Program-made: the position numbers and the translations under genes
Part shown: one piece after another, positions 26,000 to 34,826 of the stretch
How positions within the stretch are numbered: position 1 is the stretch's first letter
Layout: each line of letters opens with the position of its first letter
Notes under the pieces: generated by a model
What the model was told of the DNA's origin: nothing
Databases searched by the model: none
Seen by the model: only the letters and a program-made list of their open reading frames with translations
Source: a virus
DNA length: 43,263 nt
IMG/VR virus record: IMGVR_UViG_3300009431_000882
Direction: 5' to 3' (one strand)

Positions 26000-26647
26000 A
26001 TGAATAAGAAAAAGAAGAACAACAAGCATGGGGCGAAGAGCGAAGGGATTATCGCCGCCATCTTCGGAAAGAACACGCCACCGCTGGGGCGATCCCCAGC
26101 GGTGGCGTTGTGGAATCCCAAGTTCGCTCATAACGTTGGGACGGCGCTCAGGGCCTGTTCTTGCTTCGGCATCAAGCAACTATGGTTTAGCGGGGACCGG
26201 GTAGAGATTGACTTGGGCGGCAAGAAACGCTTGCCCAGAGAAGAGCGCATGAGAGGTTATCGAGATGTCGAGCTTCGGCAATTCGACACCTTCTTTGACC
26301 AATTCGACAATGCGGTTCCCGTAGCCATCGAACTTCGTGATAGCGCCGAACTTCTCCCCGATTTCCAACATCCCAACAATGCCCTCTATGTCTTCGGCCC
26401 GGAAGATGGTAGTCTACCAGGTGTAGCACTAGGTCACTGTCACCGCTTCGTAGTGATCCCCACCCACCACTGTACCAACCTGGCCGCTGCGGTTTACATT
26501 GTGTTATACGACCGCCTCGTGAAGCGGATCGCCGAAGGCAAGGAGGAGAAGCGGACCCTCAAGGAATTCCTGCATGAGCACCGAGGTTTCGTACAGGCGG
26601 GGGATGATGTTGCCTGGCAGAAGGGAATCAGAGAAACCAGATGCTAG
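26000..26647 (+). CDS. SpoU/TrmH-family (SPOUT) RNA 2'-O-methyltransferase
   Basis: Motifs NVGTALRACSCFG, LYVFGPEDGSLP and IPTHHCTNLAAAVYIVLYDR match the three SPOUT motifs. Confidence 0.75.
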   Translation: MNKKKKNNKHGAKSEGIIAAIFGKNTPPLGRSPAVALWNPKFAHNVGTALRACSCFGIKQLWFSGDRVEIDLGGKKRLPREERMRGYRDVELRQFDTFFDQFDNAVPVAIELRDSAELLPDFQHPNNALYVFGPEDGSLPGVALGHCHRFVVIPTHHCTNLAAAVYIVLYDRLVKRIAEGKEEKRTLKEFLHEHRGFVQAGDDVAWQKGIRETRC

Positions 26648-26782
26648 CGAACCTTTGCTAGCTTGCCAAATCCCCCAAAAACAAGCGAAAATTGCCGTTG
26701 TGTGATTTTGACCGATCTAGTATGCTAGGGACGCTTCAAGGATTGACTGTGCTATACTTAGCACGAGAGAAACCATCCTTCC

Positions 26783-27781
26783 GTGTCAAACATGGAGGTT
26801 GCCTACCAATGCTCGAATTGCAACACGCTCCACTACGGCAGTGGAGTTGTATCTATGTGGCGGCTCGATCTCCGCCGTTTACCGTGGATACATCGTGCTG
26901 GAACCAGGGCAAAGCGATGCGACTGTTGCATCGCCCCCGCTTCCCGCCGCCCGGTGGTCTACCGATGGGTTTGGGATGAACCCGACCCCACAAAACTGAC
27001 ATTGGCTGCTATTTCGGTGATGTGGCGAATTCGCCCTTTTTTACAGCGGCCTTCAATTATCGTGGCTGGTCTCTTAGGACTACTTACACAACAACGAAGA
27101 GCAGGTCACGTTGAGATACAAGTTGTTACGTATGAGGAGTTCACTTGTGTCGGACGGGGCGACAAAACATCGATAAGAGAAATCGACGCTCGCCCTTGGC
27201 ACATCCTACTATCAACAAACGAGGAGACAGAAAGCATGTCAAATCAACAGGCCCCACCACAACCCGCAAAGCCGCCTGAAGGTCAAATTGGCGGCAAAGC
27301 CTATCTGTGGGTCATTGGAGCAGTTGTACTGCTGATTATCGGTATCGTTATCGTGAAGAACCGTAGCGGCGATGATACCGAGGTATTGCCAAGTGGCGAG
27401 ACGACGACCACAACGACCGATGACACCGGCACCGGCACTACGGAAACGCCCGCTACGGATGCAGGTACGACACCTGCCACGGGTACGCCAGCGTATACGG
27501 CACCAGCGACCACAACGCCAGGTACCACTACCACGCCAGCGGAGACGACGCCAGCAGTGACCACGCCAGCAGTGGCCACGCCAGCGGAGACGACGCCAAC
27601 ACCGGTCACGCCAACGGAGACGACGCCAGCACCGGCTACGACTCCGGCACAACCGGTAACGACACCGGATAACACGACTCCCTCGACCGAACCGACTACC
27701 GAGGAACCGGTTATCACGTTGCCGGACAATCCCACACCCATCACGCCACCGACTGAGAATCCCACGGGGCCGAGCGGGTAA
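26783..27781 (+). CDS. TM-anchored protein with a Thr/Pro-rich repeat C-terminus (alternative start at 27236)
   Basis: The track ORF begins at a GTG at 26783 with a Cys-rich N-terminus (CSNCN...CDCC). An internal ATG at 27236 has GAGGAG upstream. It is followed by the TM helix AYLWVIGAVVLLIIGIVIV and then TP-rich repeats. Confidence 0.5.
   Translation: MSNMEVAYQCSNCNTLHYGSGVVSMWRLDLRRLPWIHRAGTRAKRCDCCIAPASRRPVVYRWVWDEPDPTKLTLAAISVMWRIRPFLQRPSIIVAGLLGLLTQQRRAGHVEIQVVTYEEFTCVGRGDKTSIREIDARPWHILLSTNEETESMSNQQAPPQPAKPPEGQIGGKAYLWVIGAVVLLIIGIVIVKNRSGDDTEVLPSGETTTTTTDDTGTGTTETPATDAGTTPATGTPAYTAPATTTPGTTTTPAETTPAVTTPAVATPAETTPTPVTPTETTPAPATTPAQPVTTPDNTTPSTEPTTEEPVITLPDNPTPITPPTENPTGPSG
27400..27700. 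repeat. imperfect tandem DNA repeats encoding the T/P/A-rich segment
   Basis: Repeated ACGCCAGC(A/G)G and GAGACGACGCCA(G/A)C units are visible. Confidence 0.5.
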
Positions 27782-27930
27782 CTCGCCACGTCACACAGTT
27801 CTGGGAGGTCTTTTCACGTAACCCGCCCCTCGCCGCTCGGCGAGGGGCGGGTTTTTTCGTGTTGGAGGGAAACAGCAAACCTGCTATATTTCTTGTCAAC
27901 CCCAAAACCCTTAGAGAAGGAACCCCAATC

Positions 27931-28491
27931 GTGAAGAAATCCATCGTATTCCTACTTGGACTCGCCGCCGTCAATGTGATGTTCTTCTTCGTGGCCTTGA
28001 GCTACGATAACGCCGAGATCGAACTGCGCAACACAATCCTGGCTAAGCAAAAGACCAACGAAGCGTCGTTTGACACAATGTGGAAGATACTCAAACAACA
28101 GGCCAGCATTCCCGATAAGTACAAGGAGGACTTCAAGGAAATCTGGCCCGACCTGATCCGGGGCCGCTACGAGCAAGGCAGCGGCAAGATGATGAACTGG
28201 ATTCAGGAGCATAACCCCGAGTTCAAAGGCGGGGAGATGTACATGAAGTTGATGGACAGCATCGAGGCCGAGCGTAAGAGGTTTCTGCGAGATCAAGAAG
28301 AACTCGTCCAACTCAACACCGAACGCAACAACATGATCCAGAAGAAGGTGCCCAAGTTCTTCCTGGGCCTCGTCGGTGGTGAAGAATCCCTCAAGCCCAT
28401 CGAGATCGTCGTCATCACATCCGAAGTCACGGAGCAGACCTTCGAGAGCGGGAAGGAAGACAACGTAGACTTGTTCAGTTCACCGGGGTAA
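27931..28491 (+). CDS. hypothetical membrane-anchored protein
   Basis: GTG at 27931 with GAGAAGGA 9 nt upstream. N-terminal TM helix. The track ORF begins at 27859. Confidence 0.45.
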   Translation: MKKSIVFLLGLAAVNVMFFFVALSYDNAEIELRNTILAKQKTNEASFDTMWKILKQQASIPDKYKEDFKEIWPDLIRGRYEQGSGKMMNWIQEHNPEFKGGEMYMKLMDSIEAERKRFLRDQEELVQLNTERNNMIQKKVPKFFLGLVGGEESLKPIEIVVITSEVTEQTFESGKEDNVDLFSSPG

Positions 28492-28495
28492 AGAA

Positions 28496-29095
28496 ATGCC
28501 ACACGGCACGGCAGCATACATCAGCGACCCCGTCGCCAACGCATTTGATCTGACGAGAGACCTACAACAGTGTAAGGTACTGTTTGTCACAGGCGAGAAC
28601 TGCGATTCCTCCTATTATCTTATGGCTCCCAAGTTGGCAAAATACATCCGCTTCACGGCCCCCGGCACTCACTATCCACTACACGGCCTGTCAGTAGCCT
28701 GGCGTTCTCCCGAAGGTGACGAAGACCCAGCAGAAGCGTTGATATGGGTAGAGAACCGTTTGCCTGATGCCAACCACTTGAAGTTCAACGGTTTCCCAGA
28801 GAAATGGGATTTCAAAGCACGTTTCGCACAAGAGACGCAAGAACTCGACGGAATGGTGAGACAAGGCGCAGCCCATGTTGTCGCTAATCGAAAACGCTTT
28901 GAAACGTTGCTGTGCCTCCCAGATGTCGCTCTGGATAGGTATCATTCCATGTTAGCGGAGGATTACTCCGGTCTTACGTTGGCCGACGACGAAATCACTG
29001 ACTTGCAACTATCCGATGACAGCGACCAAACCCTACGTGCCCTAAACCTCTCTGACGAAATGATCGCACGCATTCACCAACTAAAACAGCCATGA
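28496..29095 (+). CDS. hypothetical protein, 199 aa
   Basis: ORF. Its stop overlaps the next start (ATGA). Confidence 0.5.
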   Translation: MPHGTAAYISDPVANAFDLTRDLQQCKVLFVTGENCDSSYYLMAPKLAKYIRFTAPGTHYPLHGLSVAWRSPEGDEDPAEALIWVENRLPDANHLKFNGFPEKWDFKARFAQETQELDGMVRQGAAHVVANRKRFETLLCLPDVALDRYHSMLAEDYSGLTLADDEITDLQLSDDSDQTLRALNLSDEMIARIHQLKQP

Positions 29096-30282
29096 TAATC
29101 TACTCGCTCTTCCTAATCCCTTTCTTCGTAGCTGCTGTCTTGTGGCTGCTGTGGGGCGAGCGCACAGCCTGGTGGGAAATGCTCATCATATTGATCGTGA
29201 GCACGCTCCTCATCATCGGGACCAAGTTTGGCGTTGAATACACCCAGGTATCCGACATCGAATACTGGACGAACAAAGTAACCAAAGCCGAGTACCACGA
29301 AGGATGGACCGAAGAGTGGTACACCAACGAAGACATCAAAGACAGTAAAGGAAGGGTCACGGGCACCAGGCGAGTGCGCCATACCAAACGCCACCCGCCT
29401 GAATACTATCTCATTCTCCATCCCAGCGGCAAAACGTCCGTCAGCCGCTCCGTCTACCGGAAAATGGCCAGCAAGTTCGGGAATGAGAAAGAGAAAGACT
29501 TGTACCACTCCGGTCAGTGCTCGTGGGGCGACGGTGATATGTACTATTCGGTCTTTCGTGGTGCCCGAGATAAAATGACCGTTGCCACCACCGAACACCG
29601 ATACGAAAACCGGGTACGAGTTGCCAAGACTGTCTTCGATTTTCCAAAGGTCACGGACAAGCAGAAGAAAGACTACCGGCTTTTCGATTATCCCAAAATC
29701 AACGACCCCACTACCATCCCTAGCATCTTAGGCAATGGTGGACCAACCCTGGTTGCCGCCAACAAAGAATTGTGCCGCCTCAATGCCGAACTTGGTCCAC
29801 GTGGTAATCACCGACAGGTGCGCCTGTGGGTACTCATCTGGCAGAACCAGTCTCTCGACGCCGGTATGCTTCAAGAAGGGTATTGGTTTGGCGGCAACAA
29901 GAATGAATTGGTGGCCTGCATTGGCACCGACAGTGAATACAACGTGAAGTGGGCTTATGTCTTCTCCTGGTCGGAAGAGGAAAACCTGAAGATCGATATC
30001 CGCAGCTTCATACGCAAACAGAAGAAACTCGACCTAGTGCCCATTGTCGATATGATGGGAGAAGAAGTCGAGAAACAATGGATTAGAAAACAGTTCAAAG
30101 ACTTCAGCTATCTCACCGTCGAGCCGCCGTTGTGGGCCTTCTTCACATCTGGGGGTGTGATCTTACTTATCAACATCGGTATCAGCCTGTGGGTCGTTCT
30201 TAACAGCTACGATGCCGACGGCCAACGACACCGCTTCCGTTACCAGCCACGATGGAGAAGAAGGAGAATACGAAGGTGGTGA
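29092..30282 (+). CDS. hypothetical membrane protein, 396 aa (two N-terminal TM helices, one C-terminal)
   Basis: Long ORF, translationally coupled to the upstream gene. Confidence 0.5.
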   Translation: MIIYSLFLIPFFVAAVLWLLWGERTAWWEMLIILIVSTLLIIGTKFGVEYTQVSDIEYWTNKVTKAEYHEGWTEEWYTNEDIKDSKGRVTGTRRVRHTKRHPPEYYLILHPSGKTSVSRSVYRKMASKFGNEKEKDLYHSGQCSWGDGDMYYSVFRGARDKMTVATTEHRYENRVRVAKTVFDFPKVTDKQKKDYRLFDYPKINDPTTIPSILGNGGPTLVAANKELCRLNAELGPRGNHRQVRLWVLIWQNQSLDAGMLQEGYWFGGNKNELVACIGTDSEYNVKWAYVFSWSEEENLKIDIRSFIRKQKKLDLVPIVDMMGEEVEKQWIRKQFKDFSYLTVEPPLWAFFTSGGVILLINIGISLWVVLNSYDADGQRHRFRYQPRWRRRRIRRW

Positions 30283-30348
30283 AGGAATATTCATCCTGAA
30301 GGAGATCAGTCTTTTCGTCGCATCATTTCCCGAGTGCGGCCCGCTTCA

Positions 30349-30382
30349 CCGCCCGCCTGGCCGTTGGCCAGGCGGGCGGTTT
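30349..30382 (+). terminator. terminator-like hairpin (14-bp perfect stem CCGCCCGCCTGGCC/GGCCAGGCGGGCGG, then TTT)
   Basis: Perfect GC stem 67 nt after the stop of gene 29092..30282. The U-tract is short. Confidence 0.4.
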
Positions 30383-30401
30383 CCGTGCGCCGATTTCAGA
30401 A

Positions 30402-30430
30402 TTACGTATAAAACTGGCGGTTGCTACAAT
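30402..30430 (+). promoter_or_regulatory. promoter TTACGT-N17-TgcTACAAT (extended -10)
   Basis: A near-consensus -10, TACAAT, with a TGc extension sits 9 nt upstream of the ATG at 30440. The mRNA may be leaderless. Confidence 0.4.
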
Positions 30431-30439
30431 GCCTTCATA

Positions 30440-31204
30440 ATGGCTGATACGTATATCATCTTCTTTGACAACAAACGACAAGAGAAGACAGCTTCTACTC
30501 GCAATCAAGCTGTAGCGGGATTGTTCGGTTTTCTGGAGGAGGCCACTCGGGCATGGTTCGTGGGCTTTCCCTCAGCCAATGCCTGGATTGTGTGCAATGA
30601 ACCAGATCAAGCGAAATTTACGAGTGATCTCAAGAACTGCTCCAAGACTCATGCAGAATGGTTATTAGACGTTTATGATAAGGTTGAGCTTTACGCCGAG
30701 AGCATGAACCTGGGTGTCTTTGCCAGCGCTGCGGCGTTCAGTGCTAAAGAACTGGAAAGGACCATGCAACCGGCAGAAACTATGACTCGAATAGCGGCTA
30801 CTGAAAAGGCAGAACAGATCATCGTCCGAATGTTATCACATGATGACGACGCTATTGCTGATGCCTGGCAACCAGGGGAAATCGACCCTATCAAAATACT
30901 CCAGGCCGCCGAGGTACGTATCTTCGCCTTCAATCTACATCAAGTTCTTAACAAAACGCCATTGGGTATGGAAGCGGTTGATCGTATGTGTGGCTTCACA
31001 CCAGGTACGACATTGAAGATGATCCACGCTGTCGACCCGCTCCGCCCAACCAGCAAAATGGTAGACAAGCTGGCTCGGAATTTACGGGTGGAACCTACGA
31101 ACCTATGGATCGATCTTGTGTCGATGTACCTGGAAAAGACTGGCAAGTGGGCCGAATACACGGAGACTGGCGATGGACGTTACACTCACCCTTCCAGATG
31201 CTAA
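30440..31204 (+). CDS. hypothetical protein (about 254 aa from the ATG at 30440)
   Basis: The track ORF starts at 30212 but overlaps gene 29092..30282 in another frame. The internal ATG follows the terminator and the promoter. Confidence 0.45.
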   Translation: MADTYIIFFDNKRQEKTASTRNQAVAGLFGFLEEATRAWFVGFPSANAWIVCNEPDQAKFTSDLKNCSKTHAEWLLDVYDKVELYAESMNLGVFASAAAFSAKELERTMQPAETMTRIAATEKAEQIIVRMLSHDDDAIADAWQPGEIDPIKILQAAEVRIFAFNLHQVLNKTPLGMEAVDRMCGFTPGTTLKMIHAVDPLRPTSKMVDKLARNLRVEPTNLWIDLVSMYLEKTGKWAEYTETGDGRYTHPSRC

Positions 31205-31586
31205 GTTTCAACCTGGCGACATCGTAAAGCTACCCAACAAGGCAAATGAGTTCGCCGTCTTCGTTTGCATTGAACGACGAGTAGCTCACGGTGATTTCAG
31301 AATTGCCAATGACCGGCCACAAGTCGAAGTTGGCAATGATGCCTATCACATCACGATCCAGGACGGCAGCGTTTTCAATACCGCCAACGCAAAAGAAGAT
31401 GAAATCATCCGTCCAGGTACCTTTCTTGTCATGGACCGTTCAGAAGTAGACGCACAAGGCGAGAAGATCACATGGAGCAAGCACATCTACTCTGCTGATG
31501 CACCTGATAATCTCATGGAGCGTTGGGAGAAATGGGATGGTAAGGCATATCATTGGAAAGAAGTGCTCTCTCAACAGGCTTTGTAA
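31173..31586 (+). CDS. hypothetical protein, about 137 aa
   Basis: ATG at 31173 with GGAG 7 nt upstream. Overlaps the upstream gene by 32 nt. Confidence 0.45.
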   Translation: MDVTLTLPDAKFQPGDIVKLPNKANEFAVFVCIERRVAHGDFRIANDRPQVEVGNDAYHITIQDGSVFNTANAKEDEIIRPGTFLVMDRSEVDAQGEKITWSKHIYSADAPDNLMERWEKWDGKAYHWKEVLSQQAL

Positions 31587-31616
31587 TTTAGCAAGAACTA
31601 AGGATTGGATACGAAA

Positions 31617-33638
31617 ATGACTAGGACAAAACGTCGACTATTGTTGGAGTCGCTGGAAAAACGGGAGTTGTTGACGGGAGCGACGTATCACTACGACACT
31701 AACGGAGACGATCTAGTTAATACGTTAGATATCGTTGCGTGTATTAAGGAGATTGATGAAAACGGTATTGGCCCTGTCGAAGAAGCAAATAATCCACTTG
31801 TTGATATCAACCAGGATAGAGTAATATCAACGCTTGATGTACTGGTGGGTGCGACGGAGTTAGGTCGAAGACATCACAATCCAATAGAAGTCGAAGCTAG
31901 AATCTGGGGCGAGTTGTACGAAGATAATAATGGTATACCAGGAGAACCACTGCCGTTGACACCGAAGCCGGGGGATTATGCAGTGCGGGTAGGGGATTCG
32001 TTCTTTCTAGCTGTGATGGTGCAAGAGAACTCAGACATCAACGGATTTAACCGGATTCATCTCAACCTGGAGTGGTACAATGAGTCGCTTCGGGCAAAGG
32101 CTGTAGATGAGGTAATTACAGAACATTTTACGGAAGACCACACCGGCAGTGTTAACAATCATGTAGGAGTAAGTGGCGTAGTTCTAAACCTCGGCGCATC
32201 GGCTGGCGAAAACGGCAGACCGATTGGCGACAACCAACCTGAAGTGTTTGCGATGTTGCAGTTCGAGGTGGTAGGCATTGATCCGGCAGGGCTGACGCCA
32301 ATTTGGTTGACCGAGGGGGAGGACGGGATAAACCCAGACCTCGAAATAGAGTTCGATCATCCGATTATTCGAGCCGAAACTACAAGGACCAATGATGACA
32401 TTTGGGAAGTACCTCAGTATTACAAAAATGCTCCCCCGCCTTACGATTCATCACATTGTGTAGACTGGGGCAACTTCTTCGTAAACCTTTGGACAGACGA
32501 AGATGGTCGTCCAGGAGAATGGATTGCTGACGATACAGTCAAACCTGGCGATCTATTTTGGGTCCAAGTTTTGGCCCGTGAATGCGATCCGATGCGAAGT
32601 GGTTTTCAGGGCTTGGCAATGCATTTCAGATGGGATAGTGAAATCTTAGAATTATACTATCCATTTGATCCTCAGTATGTGTTGGACAAAAAACACATTT
32701 ATCCTTCTCACCCCCGTGTTTCTACATGGCTTTCTGAAGATCAAACCGGCGTGCTTGATAATGAAGCCGGAACGCTAGCTAATCTCGGCGGCCAGCCTCC
32801 GCAAGGCAAAATGTTTGCCGATGATATCCAAGGAGACCCAAAGAGAGTGGCGACGTTGCTATTTGAGACTATTGCCACTGGAGACACTGGGATTACCATT
32901 ACCGACGTAACAACCAACCCAACGCCTGATACGTTAGATATTCGGGACATTAGTTTTACCATTATCGACAGCGAAGTCCCCGAACAGCCCAACCCGCCCA
33001 CGTATTACCCCAGACCAGGAGCGCCGCCTAATGAAGTGTATCTTCAAGCATATGAATATACGGTTCCTTGGTCTACTGGAATAACAGCGGGTGAACGTCC
33101 AGGGTATCAAATTCTCAATGGTCAAGTCGGACTTGGTGAGAAGTTTTATGTAACTGTGCTGGCCAACCATGCGGATGTTGGTTTTGATGATTTTCGTGTA
33201 TCTCTTCAATGGGACGCTACCAAGATAAAAAACATCAATGATTCATTTGAGGCGTCCAAAGCAATTACTCCGCATTTGCCTTTGTTTGATTTCGCACGCA
33301 GATATTATCATTCCCGAAGAGACGGGATATTAGGAAATCTTGGCGGCTCTGCATTTACTGCATTTGGGGTTGGTAGAACCATTGGTAACTTAACGCCAGA
33401 ACCGTTTGTTTGGTTGCCGTTTCGAGTGAAAGAAGATTTACCAGAAGGCCCATCTTTCCAAGTTCGCAGTTACACTGATCCTTTCACGGTTTATAACAGC
33501 TATTGGGAAGATGACGTTTTAGTTACACCGTTTCACATGAACAGGGGCGCAATTGTTCCGCAACCCGTTGCTAACTGGCACCGAGAGCAGTTGTTCCTTG
33601 AAGATCAACTTATCCGAATAGAGATGTGGGAAGAATGA
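31617..33638 (+). CDS. secreted protein with a Planctomycetes-type N-terminal motif and dockerin-like repeats, about 673 aa
   Basis: The N-terminus MTRTKRRLLLESLEKRELLTG is the Planctomycetota secreted-protein leader. Two dockerin-like repeats follow: DTNGDDLVNTLDIVACI and DINQDRVISTLDVLVGA. Confidence 0.6.
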   Translation: MTRTKRRLLLESLEKRELLTGATYHYDTNGDDLVNTLDIVACIKEIDENGIGPVEEANNPLVDINQDRVISTLDVLVGATELGRRHHNPIEVEARIWGELYEDNNGIPGEPLPLTPKPGDYAVRVGDSFFLAVMVQENSDINGFNRIHLNLEWYNESLRAKAVDEVITEHFTEDHTGSVNNHVGVSGVVLNLGASAGENGRPIGDNQPEVFAMLQFEVVGIDPAGLTPIWLTEGEDGINPDLEIEFDHPIIRAETTRTNDDIWEVPQYYKNAPPPYDSSHCVDWGNFFVNLWTDEDGRPGEWIADDTVKPGDLFWVQVLARECDPMRSGFQGLAMHFRWDSEILELYYPFDPQYVLDKKHIYPSHPRVSTWLSEDQTGVLDNEAGTLANLGGQPPQGKMFADDIQGDPKRVATLLFETIATGDTGITITDVTTNPTPDTLDIRDISFTIIDSEVPEQPNPPTYYPRPGAPPNEVYLQAYEYTVPWSTGITAGERPGYQILNGQVGLGEKFYVTVLANHADVGFDDFRVSLQWDATKIKNINDSFEASKAITPHLPLFDFARRYYHSRRDGILGNLGGSAFTAFGVGRTIGNLTPEPFVWLPFRVKEDLPEGPSFQVRSYTDPFTVYNSYWEDDVLVTPFHMNRGAIVPQPVANWHREQLFLEDQLIRIEMWEE

Positions 33639-33974
33639 AATGACAGGTGCCCGCAGGGTATTGGGGGCACACCCCGAAACCCGTAATAAACGAACCTTCT
33701 TTACCAAACGCTACATTCCCCCTATTTCCACCACGAATTTCTCGCATAAAAATGCCGGGAATGCCATTGCACCCCGAAAGCCTTTTTGCTAGTCTGCTCC
33801 CATCGCTCATCACGGTCAGCGATCACCAGTCGAAAGGCTGCTCGTTGACTGATGCGTGTAGCGCTTTACAGAGAATTGCGGGCCTTCGGCCTATGGCAAG
33901 TGGGCAATGCCCACTTGCCACCAGTAGGACGCCCACTCACGAACTCTGACCTGCGGACCCCCGCCGCCGTGCGG

Positions 33975-34012
33975 ACCACCGCAAGCGTTGCAAGCATCCG
34001 GTGGGCGGTTTT
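33975..34012 (+). terminator. terminator-like element (CCACCG...CGGTGG stem, G-rich, then TTTTT)
   Basis: Stem plus a T5 tract, about 340 nt after the stop of gene 31617. Confidence 0.35.
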
Positions 34013-34264
34013 TGAGAAATCACCCTGATCGCTGAGGCCGCCATTTGGCTCTCGCACGATCTGCCGCCTATGTGTGGATTTCGGATCGAGCACACGCCTC
34101 GTGCCCCAGCGATCAGGGTTCTTTCATATCCTGATGGATTGCATCCCAATCGTCGGCGCAGGCCCCCCGGCCCACGCACACCTGCTTCGCCATTGGCGAA
34201 GCAGGTGTGCCCATTTGATAACAAGCGACCATCCGTTCCTTTCGCCACGGCCGCTTCGTCCCCT

Positions 34265-34307
34265 GCCCGTTTCCTCGGATTTCCCGAGGAAACGGGCTTT
34301 TCTTTTT
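34265..34307 (+). terminator. strong intrinsic terminator (13-bp perfect stem CCCGTTTCCTCGG/CCGAGGAAACGGG, loop ATTTC, then CTTTTCTTTTTT)
   Basis: Textbook rho-independent terminator on the plus strand. Confidence 0.7.
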
Positions 34308-34556
34308 TCTCTCCTGTCAGGATCAGCCCTTCAGCGGACTATAGGCATGGTAGCCATTCCCGGTGAATCATCCTGCTAGCGTAGAATCGCTAGCGAGCGC
34401 AACTCCAGGAATCGCAAGGCATATCGAAAACGATAGTATTCAAACGCCCACTAGCTAGCATTACGAAACGCCAGTACTGCTAGCTGTGGTATTCCCAGGG
34501 TTCTACGCACATTTGTGTTTCACCGGGAATTGCTGTAGGCATGGGAGGGTGTCTAT

Positions 34557-34763
34557 ATGCATCATCGCTGCTACGCTGGGGCGACGTTTACCATCAGCTT
34601 CCTCGGCCGTATCCTACACGCTGACGGCCCAGCCTACTACGACGAGGAACACAACGAACTTGTGATTCCCCTCGCCAATGCGGCTGTCCACCTGGACCAG
34701 AGCTTTACAGGACGAATCGCAGATGGACGAGAGTACGGCACAGATTACTTGGTGGAATTATGA
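34557..34763 (+). CDS. hypothetical small protein, 68 aa
   Basis: GGGAGGG 8 nt upstream of the ATG. Normal composition. Confidence 0.35.
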   Translation: MHHRCYAGATFTISFLGRILHADGPAYYDEEHNELVIPLANAAVHLDQSFTGRIADGREYGTDYLVEL

Positions 34764-34826
34764 GACTCCTTCTTCAGTTTACCCTCCCTGCATGTCGATA
34801 TCTTCAAAAACAGCGGAGATATCCCC

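Noticed and set aside
27301-27789. 162-aa Gly/Val-rich minus-strand ORF
   Set aside because: It is the reverse complement of the Thr/Pro repeat DNA. The plus-strand reading has an SD, a TM helix and operon context.
29113-29598. 161-aa minus-strand ORF inside gene 29092..30282
   Set aside because: Antisense, no RBS, odd composition. The plus-strand gene is translationally coupled to its upstream neighbour.
34070-34379. Two overlapping plus-strand ORFs of 98 and 101 aa in the structured intergenic region
   Set aside because: Pro/Arg/Ser-rich with no RBS, and they run straight through the perfect hairpins and terminators. Most likely non-coding.
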